A stretch of 22,516 nt of DNA. It comes from Nitrospirota bacterium. Lineage in GTDB: Bacteria; Nitrospirota; UBA9217. Position numbers and translations under genes: made by a program. Of the stretch, positions 7,228 to 15,402 are shown piece by piece. The notes beneath the pieces were generated by a model. It saw only the letters and a list, made by a program, of their open reading frames with translations. It made no database searches and was not told the origin of the DNA. Within the stretch, counting starts at the first letter, position 1. Every line of letters begins with the position of its first letter. The stretch lies in contig DASPSR010000012.1 in the NCBI GenBank assembly GCA_035623825.1, positions 1 to 22,516 of the forward strand, read 5' to 3'.

Positions 7228-9456
7228 CTAATAGAGCTCTCTCCCGAGATAGAAGTATAATGTGGTAGTCCCTCCTGAACCGTTGCCGAGGGCCAGATAG
7301 AGAGGTCCTAGGACCGTGTCGTAGCCTATGAATACGCTCCCGCCTGTCCGGATATCATTGAATGAAGCGGTCTGCCCTACCTGCCACACATTGCCCGCCT
7401 CGAGAGAGGCCCCCATATAGAAGGATCCGAGCAGTGATTGGCTTGCCCTCCAGTAAGCTATCAGCCTTCCCAGTCCCATCTGCTGACCACGAAGCTGGTC
7501 CTGTTGATAACCAGAGAGGCGCAAAAAGCCGCCGAGGGTGAACTGGTCGTAGAAAGGGATCGTACTGTTGATATACGATGCGAACTCGGCGCTTGCGAGC
7601 AGCGTATATGACCGGTATGTGAAAGCCTTGATGAATTGGGCATCGATCTTCTGGTACCGATCGTCTGCTCCCAACCCTGGCATTGAATTGTAGTAATCGA
7701 TCCGCCCGGCATATCCCGAGTGGGGAAAATTCACATTATCGAGTTGATCTATGTGCACACGCCCCTCAAGCGCTCCGAGGTCAAAGTCCTGCCGGGGCGT
7801 GCCTGGCGTGCCTTTATAGAGAGTCTGACGTTCTTCCCCGCCCTCATATCCCAGTCTGATCTCGCCGTATTCCCGGAGGTCGATCCCGAAATCGGCTCCT
7901 GCCGCGGTCTTTTGCAGCCTGTACTCGGAGATGATATCGTTCCCCTGGTAGATATTGACATACTGCCGGTCCCACGTGAAACGGGGCGCTACGAAGTATG
8001 CACGGGAAGATGTCAATGGCTGATAGAACTCAGACAGGATCCGTTGGTGGCTGCCGAACTGGACCTGGTTCTTCCATTCAGCACCAAGCCGGTTCAACCA
8101 TCGCATGGTGTAGTCGCCAAGAATGTTATAATTAGTATCACCTGTGCTGGAACTCGATAAACTGAGGCCCCAACGGAAATAATTCGGCCCCCAGGATTTT
8201 TCCTGTGTGTGTATTTTCATATCATAGACATCATCCGTACGCTTGGCCTCGAGGGCCACGCGCTCAAAATCCTCCATACCATAGACTATTCCGACATCGT
8301 GCTTCAGCTTTTCAACGCTGATCTCCTGACCCGGTTCGATCTTGAGCTTGCTCTGGACGGTTTCTGGCGAGACGCGCGAGAGCCCTTCGACGGTGACGGT
8401 GCCGACCCGAACGGTCTTTGGCGGAACGCGCTGATGTTTATTGCGATAGGGAGCGTATTCCTGCTCCGAGACCGACAGCCTGCGAAGTTCATCCTCTTTC
8501 TCACGGGCGGCCTTCAGTCCTCGTTCGATCGCCTCCTTTCCCCTCTTGAAATCACCTGAGGATATGTTGCCAAGGTCAGGACGGATGAAGACATCTTGCT
8601 TCTCGAGCTGGTCGATCTGGGCCTTGACGTTCTCCTTGATCATGATGTCCACCATCTGGTTCATGATCGACATCGGTGACCCGAGTTCCTCCCTCGAAGG
8701 CAGGTTCTGTCCTACGTCCACGGCGATGATGATATCTGCACCCATGGACCGGACGACATCAACAGGCAAATTTCGAACGATCCCGCCGTCAGCGAGATAA
8801 CGGCCGTTAACCTCCACGGGCGGGAACACGCCTGGCACGGACATGCTCGCCCTTGCCGCATCGGCGAGTCTTCCGCTTTTAAGTACGACCGTATCGCCAG
8901 TCTCGAGGTCCGAGGCCACTGCGCGGTACGGCGTCGGCAGCTTGTCGAAGTCCGTTATGTCCGACACCGGCATGAGGATGGTCTCGAACAGGAGCCCTAT
9001 CTTCTGGCCCGCAATGACGGCCCGCGGCGTTCTCAGGCCGCCATTCTTGATACCCAGTTCCAGACCAGACAGGATCGTAAAGTCATCCCGCTTGCGCCAG
9101 AAGTCGATCTCCGAGCGTGGCGGACTGTCTGAGAAGAGATCGTCCCAATCAAGTGAGGTCACGATCTGTTCGATCTCTTCGGGAGACATGCCTGAAGCAT
9201 ACATGCTCGCAACCAAGGCGCCCATACTTGTGCCGCCTATGTAGTCAATCGGGACCTTCAGCTCTTCGAGCAACTTCAGCACGCCGATGTGAGCCGCGCC
9301 CTTGGCGCCTCCGCCGCCGAGGACCAATCCGATACGGGGCCGCTTCGGCTGCTCCGCGGCGTAGGACGGGCCTGGCAGAATACCGGTTATTGCCAGCCCG
9401 AGGAGAAGCATTAAAACGCACAGAATTCGAATCTGTGCAAGGGTCCTTTCCTCCAT
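7228..9456 (-). CDS. plpD: Patatin-POTRA-Omp85 barrel protein (PlpD-like type Vd autotransporter phospholipase)
   Basis: GGGGAKG, GTSMG and DGG patatin motifs; POTRA-like middle region; Omp85-type FTLGG..RLSGY and YDTVLGPLYL. GAAGGAG SD before ATG 9456. Confidence 0.9.
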   Translation of the reverse strand: MEERTLAQIRILCVLMLLLGLAITGILPGPSYAAEQPKRPRIGLVLGGGGAKGAAHIGVLKLLEELKVPIDYIGGTSMGALVASMYASGMSPEEIEQIVTSLDWDDLFSDSPPRSEIDFWRKRDDFTILSGLELGIKNGGLRTPRAVIAGQKIGLLFETILMPVSDITDFDKLPTPYRAVASDLETGDTVVLKSGRLADAARASMSVPGVFPPVEVNGRYLADGGIVRNLPVDVVRSMGADIIIAVDVGQNLPSREELGSPMSIMNQMVDIMIKENVKAQIDQLEKQDVFIRPDLGNISSGDFKRGKEAIERGLKAAREKEDELRRLSVSEQEYAPYRNKHQRVPPKTVRVGTVTVEGLSRVSPETVQSKLKIEPGQEISVEKLKHDVGIVYGMEDFERVALEAKRTDDVYDMKIHTQEKSWGPNYFRWGLSLSSSSTGDTNYNILGDYTMRWLNRLGAEWKNQVQFGSHQRILSEFYQPLTSSRAYFVAPRFTWDRQYVNIYQGNDIISEYRLQKTAAGADFGIDLREYGEIRLGYEGGEERQTLYKGTPGTPRQDFDLGALEGRVHIDQLDNVNFPHSGYAGRIDYYNSMPGLGADDRYQKIDAQFIKAFTYRSYTLLASAEFASYINSTIPFYDQFTLGGFLRLSGYQQDQLRGQQMGLGRLIAYWRASQSLLGSFYMGASLEAGNVWQVGQTASFNDIRTGGSVFIGYDTVLGPLYLALGNGSGGTTTLYFYLGRELY

Positions 9457-9554
9457 ATCGGCATTGTCTCCTTCCTGCCATGCTACTACGCCATGTTCTC
9501 GCATGACAAATATGCGCTGATAATCGCGGCGAACTCCGCCGCCCGCATATCGGG

Positions 9555-10493
9555 TCATCTTGCATTCTGATTACTTTTTACGAACTCCATAGTACCGGAA
9601 TCGAGTTTCAGGTTAAGAAAGAGCCTGTCGTTTTTGATAAGATACCCGCCAGCTCTGTTGAGGTCGCGAAGAAACTTACTCTCCAGAGAGCCTTCGGGAC
9701 AGGCGGCCATAGTCGTGTTGGTTATCGTGATAGAGAGCTTGCTGCTGTTCAATGTGAATGACCCCCCGCCCCGATTGCAGTCTCCCCGGACCTCAGCCGT
9801 TCCATCCGATTTAAACTGAATGGTATAACCGGCCGCGTCATCCGGACGGGTCATCGTCGTGCAGTCATTATATCGGGTCCGGACCCATTGCCAGACCGTG
9901 CCGATTATGTCCGGATCCTGCATACCGGCTTGCGCTTCATGCTTCGCCACAAGATGGTCCGCCTGAACCGTGAAACGACGCGTCACCTCGCTCGTCGGAC
10001 AGCACATCGCGTCGCCGGGACCGTGGGCGGTCATGCTCACGATTATCTCGTTATCTTCAATACCGACAGTATGCACCTTAACCCTGTCTCCTAAAAGGAC
10101 GGCATCGTCATATACCCATCCTCTTGGTCTCATTTCGACCAGGGCCAGATCATAGAACATACCGCTGCCGCCGGGGTTGGTCACGAGGACTATTGCTGCG
10201 ATGTTCTTCCCGTTCACCTGTCCGAAAGCGCGTGGGTCTGTCAATCTCACGACCGTCTCGGTTGCGGACCCAGGCGCGGCGGGCCCGCGATATTCTCCGT
10301 TTCTGAGCGTGACAGTCCCCGAAGAAACCCATGATGAGTGAATAGTTATTCCCTCAAGGTCTTTTGCTGCCGGGCCCTGTTCGTCCCCTGCAGAAGCAAT
10401 AGTGGAGATCGCAAAGATAGCAAGGAACAGAAAACAGCTGATGCTGGTAAGCCGCCTGGCTCTGCTTTCCGAAGATCGCTTGTAGTATATCAC
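9555..10493 (-). CDS. Exported protein with an N-terminal CCP-motif domain and a C-terminal META (HslJ-like) domain
   Basis: GTG start with a G-rich SD; signal peptide; NPGGSG and DAMCCP in the first domain; GTVWQW, GDCNRGGGSF and TTMAACP in the META domain. Confidence 0.85.
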   Translation of the reverse strand: MIYYKRSSESRARRLTSISCFLFLAIFAISTIASAGDEQGPAAKDLEGITIHSSWVSSGTVTLRNGEYRGPAAPGSATETVVRLTDPRAFGQVNGKNIAAIVLVTNPGGSGMFYDLALVEMRPRGWVYDDAVLLGDRVKVHTVGIEDNEIIVSMTAHGPGDAMCCPTSEVTRRFTVQADHLVAKHEAQAGMQDPDIIGTVWQWVRTRYNDCTTMTRPDDAAGYTIQFKSDGTAEVRGDCNRGGGSFTLNSSKLSITITNTTMAACPEGSLESKFLRDLNRAGGYLIKNDRLFLNLKLDSGTMEFVKSNQNAR

Positions 10494-10604
10494 TGCTTAC
10501 TCCCCCACCTTTCACGAACATAATGTGTGCGCTAGGTAATGTGATATTATCCCACGTTCGTTAACCATGCTCACTACGTTCAGACATAAATTATGATCGG
10601 TAAA

Positions 10605-11180
10605 CTATGGTGTATGCACGGAGATTGCAACTGCCTGGGTATACCGAACGACAATTTCATCGCCTTTTTTGATTTCATTGAACCTCTTTACCTGGTCACC
10701 TACCTTGAGGTGCATGGTATCTCCCTGAGGCAACTTGAGTGTGATCATCCGTGACTGGTAATCAATATCCTCGACCCTGGCCGTCATGTGTCCCGTGGTC
10801 TCGATTGTGCCTCCAGGTCTCTCTCCCGGTTTTGCTCTAGTCACTGTCTGCGTTTCTTCTGCCTTAGGTTCACCTGCGGACTTCTGGATGTCAACCGCAA
10901 CCGATTCATAATAGTCGAACGTGACCTTGTCCCCCTTTTTCACCTGGTTGAAATTCTTCGCTTCCTCTCCGACCTTCAGAGAAACGAGGTCGCCATTTGG
11001 TCCCCTGAGCGTCACGGTACGGGTATTATAGTCAATTGACTCCACGGTTGCCGTTATGCTCGACGTCTCAACGACGGAGCCGCCAGGTCTGTCGCTGCCC
11101 TTCTTTTCCGTAGCGTACGCAGGCAATGCAAATCCCATAGCTAGGACGAGTATTGCCGCTATTGAACATCCTGATTTCAT
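10605..11180 (-). CDS. Exported protein with two tandem OB-fold-like repeats
   Basis: AAGGAGGT SD; signal peptide ending AYA; duplicated VxxIDYxxRxxTL...KVG...FxxxKKGD repeat. Confidence 0.8.
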   Translation of the reverse strand: MKSGCSIAAILVLAMGFALPAYATEKKGSDRPGGSVVETSSITATVESIDYNTRTVTLRGPNGDLVSLKVGEEAKNFNQVKKGDKVTFDYYESVAVDIQKSAGEPKAEETQTVTRAKPGERPGGTIETTGHMTARVEDIDYQSRMITLKLPQGDTMHLKVGDQVKRFNEIKKGDEIVVRYTQAVAISVHTP

Positions 11181-11290
11181 GAAATACCTCCTTCATACTG
11201 GAATAATTACACGGTCATTTCGCGGAACGTTTCTCCGCTAAACAATTTCTTTTTAAAGAATCTATGGGACCGTATGCGTAACCTCTTATA

Positions 11291-11569
11291 TTAACGGACC
11301 CGCCGATGAGCGATCCAGCCAGCAATCACAGCAAGTACCAGAGACACAAACGACACAATAAACGCAGACACAGCAGGTGAGAGCAGCACTGCAAAATACT
11401 GGTACAATCCCCATAGGAAAAAAGCAGTTGAGGCAAGTATCAGAAGCGCTGCAATGACCATGAAGGCTATCCCCCATCCCAGATTCACCACAGCCCTGCG
11501 CATCGAACGGGCCATGGTTTCGATTAAGCCCAAGAATGCTATAACAAGATCAACGATTGCTTTTATCAC
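11291..11569 (-). CDS. Small membrane protein (YqjE / holin superfamily III-like)
   Basis: GAGGAGGAG SD with GTG start; amphipathic N-terminus, two TM helices and a basic tail. Confidence 0.65.
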   Translation of the reverse strand: MIKAIVDLVIAFLGLIETMARSMRRAVVNLGWGIAFMVIAALLILASTAFFLWGLYQYFAVLLSPAVSAFIVSFVSLVLAVIAGWIAHRRVR

Positions 11570-11690
11570 GGTCTCCTCCTCTAGATACCAAGTTTACAAT
11601 ATGCCCCCGATTCGGATACAACACGCACACGACACCCTGACATGTTGTCAAGCGCCGATACGATTTGCTTGTACTTCCCTATAGGACATC

Positions 11691-11728
11691 ATGAATAGCT
11701 TGCTATTCATCTAAGAATTCCTTATACT
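11691..11728 (+). promoter_or_regulatory. sigma70-type promoter overlapped by a perfect palindrome
   Basis: TTGCTA (11700-11705), 17-bp spacer, TATACT (11723-11728); the palindrome ATGAATAGC-TT-GCTATTCAT (11691-11710) covers the -35 element. Confidence 0.6.
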
Positions 11729-11804
11729 CTTATCGCATACGGCATAATTGGAATTGCCCCCCGTGTGGATTGAACAATAATCGTTCTTAAGGAGGGACAT
11801 TATA

Positions 11805-12320
11805 ATGTCATCTATGAAGATTGCAACGCATACAGTCCTTCTGTTCGCTGCCTTGATCACCTTTCAAGCTGCAAACGCAGACGCAGGCGATGCGTTCAGC
11901 GCAGGAAGCGCGCGGTTTACTGTCATCGTGGGAAGCGGCTATGCCTTCAATAACAGCTATCTCATCATCGGTGTCGGGGCCGCATATTTCGTAGCCGACG
12001 GACTCGACTTGGGGCTCGATTTTGAGGCTTGGACGGGGGGAAACCCGAGCATCACCAAGATCAGTCCCCGGCTCGACTATGTGTTCAAAACCGGCGGCTC
12101 GCTGCGGCCCTACATCGGAGCGTTCTACCGCCGCACCTTCATCGAGGGGCTAGATGATCTGAATTCCATCGGCGGCCGTGCAGGTTTGTACTATATGTCA
12201 GGCAAAAACTTTTATGTCGGTGCCGGACTCGTGTATGAAAGTTACCTGTCATGCCAAACATCAATATATTCGTCCTGCGAAGACACTTATCCTGAGTTCG
12301 TCGTCGCATTCACATTCTGA
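11805..12320 (+). CDS. Small outer-membrane beta-barrel protein
   Basis: AAGGAGGG SD; signal peptide ending ADA; LRPYIGA strand motif; C-terminal VVAFTF. Confidence 0.8.
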   Translation: MSSMKIATHTVLLFAALITFQAANADAGDAFSAGSARFTVIVGSGYAFNNSYLIIGVGAAYFVADGLDLGLDFEAWTGGNPSITKISPRLDYVFKTGGSLRPYIGAFYRRTFIEGLDDLNSIGGRAGLYYMSGKNFYVGAGLVYESYLSCQTSIYSSCEDTYPEFVVAFTF

Positions 12321-12459
12321 CGATGTGTTGTGATGAATTTTTCTGTTCTATTGAGATCAATTCCCTTTATTTTGACCCGCCCCATGAGATGGCAAATTCC
12401 TTGTCGAGCAATGAACGGATCTCTCGTGTCGGGAACGCTGATATACATATAAAAAATGC

Positions 12460-13101
12460 TTAGAATGCGATGATGAGTCCTGCATTTACGACGAATTGCG
12501 AGAACAGGTCTCCCTGCACATTGATCGCACATTTTCCGTCACTACAGAATGCCGAGCCGCTCCCGTTGAAAAAAGTGCCGAACCACCGTCCTTCGAGCCT
12601 GAGCCCGATCTGGTCCGTTGCGAACAGTTTCACGCCGCCGCCCAGGCTGAGGGAAAACTTCGTAAGTGAATTGAGCCCCGGTCCCTGCGGGTCCATGTAC
12701 GTGACGCCGAGGGTGCCAACCAGGAAGGGCCTGACCTTCCCCAAATCCGCACCATAGGTCCCGCCTATGTGATAATAATCTATGTCCAGGTCAAACAGGG
12801 GATTTCCGGTGAAGAGCCCGGTGTCCGTTCTCAGCTTCGTTGACTGGTGGCTGAAATATAGCTCGATTTGAGACTGTTCTTCCTGCTTAATGTCCGCCAT
12901 GTTAATGTCCAGCATTATTCCGTAGTTGTCCGTCTCGTCGACCTTCAACGTCGCGCCCGTGACCGAATCAGTGAACTGACCTCCCCAGGTATAGCCAGCA
13001 AAGGGAGTGATCTCATAATTCCCGGCGGTTGCTGCTAACGGGAAGAAAGTTCCTCCAAACATTAGTATCGCAGCGAGTATTGCAAACCTCGTCGTTCTCA
13101 T
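12460..13101 (-). CDS. OmpA-like / OMP_b-brl outer-membrane beta-barrel protein
   Basis: EITPFAGY, VRPFLVGTLG, LGGGVK and IGLRLEGR motifs; C-terminal GLIIAF; GGGAGG SD 9 nt before ATG 13101. Confidence 0.85.
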   Translation of the reverse strand: MRTTRFAILAAILMFGGTFFPLAATAGNYEITPFAGYTWGGQFTDSVTGATLKVDETDNYGIMLDINMADIKQEEQSQIELYFSHQSTKLRTDTGLFTGNPLFDLDIDYYHIGGTYGADLGKVRPFLVGTLGVTYMDPQGPGLNSLTKFSLSLGGGVKLFATDQIGLRLEGRWFGTFFNGSGSAFCSDGKCAINVQGDLFSQFVVNAGLIIAF

Positions 13102-13137
13102 GACCAATAACCTCCCACTGCGCTTTTGCCCTTTCAG

Positions 13138-13695
13138 CTATTTCTTGGTCGGCTGAGGCGGAAAATGCGAAAGCAATTGTGCTATAATCTCGTTGATGCG
13201 CTGCTGTTGCTCTTCGGGCGAACTCTTCGGCTGGATCGCGGCCGTGGCCGTCCCTTCCCAGATCTTTGCGTTGGCCTGTCGATCAATGAAGTCCATGACA
13301 AGCGTACCCTCTTGTTTGACCCGCGGCTTGCTTTTTCCGACACCGACTGACATGGAACCCCTGCCTCCCACTGGTACCCCTATCGATGTACCAACCCCAA
13401 CCGATCCCGATTCTACCGTCTTCTTGATCCCCTGCAGAGAGATCAGGAAATCAGGCGCGTCGGTCGACCGACCGTATCCCTTGGCAGCCAGTTGCGTGTC
13501 CACGGCGCTCATGAGCCGTTTCTCGGTCAGGTCCTCAACCTGGCTGCCGGGCGGTGACGGCAGCCAGTCATAGGTCTTGAGCTTCGTAAAATCATAGGTT
13601 GTGTCGTAATCATAATCAACCACGAGCCGCGTCGCGCACCCGATCATGAAACTCAGGATAAATACAAAAATAAGATATCTTGCGTGCTTCCCCAT
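13138..13695 (-). CDS. DUF4136-family lipoprotein
   Basis: Strong SD before ATG 13695; lipobox MIGC; DYD...DF..LKTYDW, EGTLVMDFID, IWEG and FPP motifs. Confidence 0.87.
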   Translation of the reverse strand: MGKHARYLIFVFILSFMIGCATRLVVDYDYDTTYDFTKLKTYDWLPSPPGSQVEDLTEKRLMSAVDTQLAAKGYGRSTDAPDFLISLQGIKKTVESGSVGVGTSIGVPVGGRGSMSVGVGKSKPRVKQEGTLVMDFIDRQANAKIWEGTATAAIQPKSSPEEQQQRINEIIAQLLSHFPPQPTKK

Positions 13696-13914
13696 AATCC
13701 CCTCCTCCGTCGCGTTTGAATATCTCTGTCCCCCGCACAATGTTGCTCGAACGCGGTGCTTTAGATTACAGTGCGGCGGATAACACGCCGCTATCATCTG
13801 TTGAACTTTTTCAGATAGGCCTATTTCAGATTAGCCTTCACTGATCTCTAAGTGTAACAAAAGCTGTTTTTTTGCCCTTGCACGGCATAATCCACACTTT
13901 CATGATTACGGATA

Positions 13915-15393
13915 TCATATATTCTTCAGCCGGAAAAAATGGTATTTCCATGGCCCCAAGTCAACGTGCAATCCATTGTCCCTCATGTCCTCGCCGTTTC
14001 GGTCATAGGTATCTCCCGACAGCACGTCAGATAGACGCCACATTTTCCCACCAAGATCATCCCACGGCGCCTGGATGCGCGCCTGGGAGTCCCCGTCCCG
14101 GAAATTCACGACAATAAGGTAGCGTTCATCGTCATAGGTCCAGCACCACGAGATAATGTTTAGAAAGCTTTGGTTGTCCGGCCAGCCTCTCCGCTCACAG
14201 AGGCGCCACTGACCGTTTCTGAAGACATCATGGTCGATCCCTTTCAATAGCCGTTGATAGAATGTAAGTAGGTCCTGATCCACATGTTCGAGGAGGCGCC
14301 TGCCAAGAAAAACGGGCAAACGAACCTGAAATCCCTGCATCTGCCCCTCATGCAGCAGCTTTGCCCCGGCGAGTGTCAGTGCCACGACTGCGGCGGCGCG
14401 CGCTTTCCCGCCCGAAAACGTAGCAGCGGCTCTCGGCTCGTCATGGTTCTCGATGAATCGGACGAGCCTTTCCTGGTAAGATATATACGCTAGGAGGTGC
14501 TGACGGACGCTCTCGGCATTGCTGTGCTCCATCCGGTCGTAGAGCCGCTTGTCATAACAGTAGTCAAAGCCCTGCTGCTGCAGTTCCCACTCAAGGTCCC
14601 AGTACGCCTCCGCGATGAACCTGAACTCCCTATGCTTTTTCTTGATAGCGGGAATGATCGTCGTCCAGTAGTCTTCATCCGGTTTCTTCCCGGCACGAGC
14701 GCCCCATGTTCGCTCGAAGACAGCGTTCAGCATAAGCATGGCCATGTCACACCTGATGCCATCACACTGGTCGGCAATGCCCGCGACCGTCTCGATGGCC
14801 CCTTTGCGCAGCCCGCGGTCAAAGGCGTTCAACTGCAGCACATCAGACCAGGCCGGAAAGTAGGGATCCCGGCCGCATGCGTATACATTGCCGTTCGTCT
14901 TGAAAAAAGATGAAGGTTCCCTCCGTAGGTCTTCGTCATTTCCATGGATGAAATACTCTGGATGCTCGATTGCCCAGGGATGATCAGGAGCAACGTGGTT
15001 CGGCACGAAATCGAGAATGAGACGAAGGCCGCGTTCACGAAGCATTTTTCGTGCGGTAGCTAGTCCCTCCGGTCCGCCGAGATGCCTGTCGACCATGTAC
15101 CTGCGCACGCAGTAGGCGGAGCCGATAATATCCTCCGGACGGAGATCAGGCAGTGCCCGGCGGAAATCTGCCATGAGCCTCTCGTTTCCGATCGCAACCT
15201 GGAGTCCCTTCGGGCTTCGTTCCCAGACGCCCATGAGCCATATGGCGTCAAAACCGAAGGAGGACAGGTAGTCCCATTCCTCCTTTGGGACGGCGGACAA
15301 TGTTACGGACCTGTTATGCTTTCGGCTCAGTTCCTGCAACCAGACCCAGGTGTTGATCTCATATATCTTCGGATGTCTCGTCCACGGTTTCAT
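13915..15393 (-). CDS. GH13 alpha-amylase-family glycosidase (cytoplasmic)
   Basis: LDFVPNH, DGIRCDMA (nucleophile Asp), IAEAYW (acid/base Glu) and ENHDE motifs; no signal peptide. Confidence 0.92.
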   Translation of the reverse strand: MKPWTRHPKIYEINTWVWLQELSRKHNRSVTLSAVPKEEWDYLSSFGFDAIWLMGVWERSPKGLQVAIGNERLMADFRRALPDLRPEDIIGSAYCVRRYMVDRHLGGPEGLATARKMLRERGLRLILDFVPNHVAPDHPWAIEHPEYFIHGNDEDLRREPSSFFKTNGNVYACGRDPYFPAWSDVLQLNAFDRGLRKGAIETVAGIADQCDGIRCDMAMLMLNAVFERTWGARAGKKPDEDYWTTIIPAIKKKHREFRFIAEAYWDLEWELQQQGFDYCYDKRLYDRMEHSNAESVRQHLLAYISYQERLVRFIENHDEPRAAATFSGGKARAAAVVALTLAGAKLLHEGQMQGFQVRLPVFLGRRLLEHVDQDLLTFYQRLLKGIDHDVFRNGQWRLCERRGWPDNQSFLNIISWCWTYDDERYLIVVNFRDGDSQARIQAPWDDLGGKMWRLSDVLSGDTYDRNGEDMRDNGLHVDLGPWKYHFFRLKNI

Positions 15394-15402
15394 TTCTGTT
15401 CT

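Noticed and set aside
11291-11569. Holin-like protein as evidence of a prophage
   Set aside because: No endolysin, structural or integrase genes nearby; YqjE-like proteins are common host membrane proteins.
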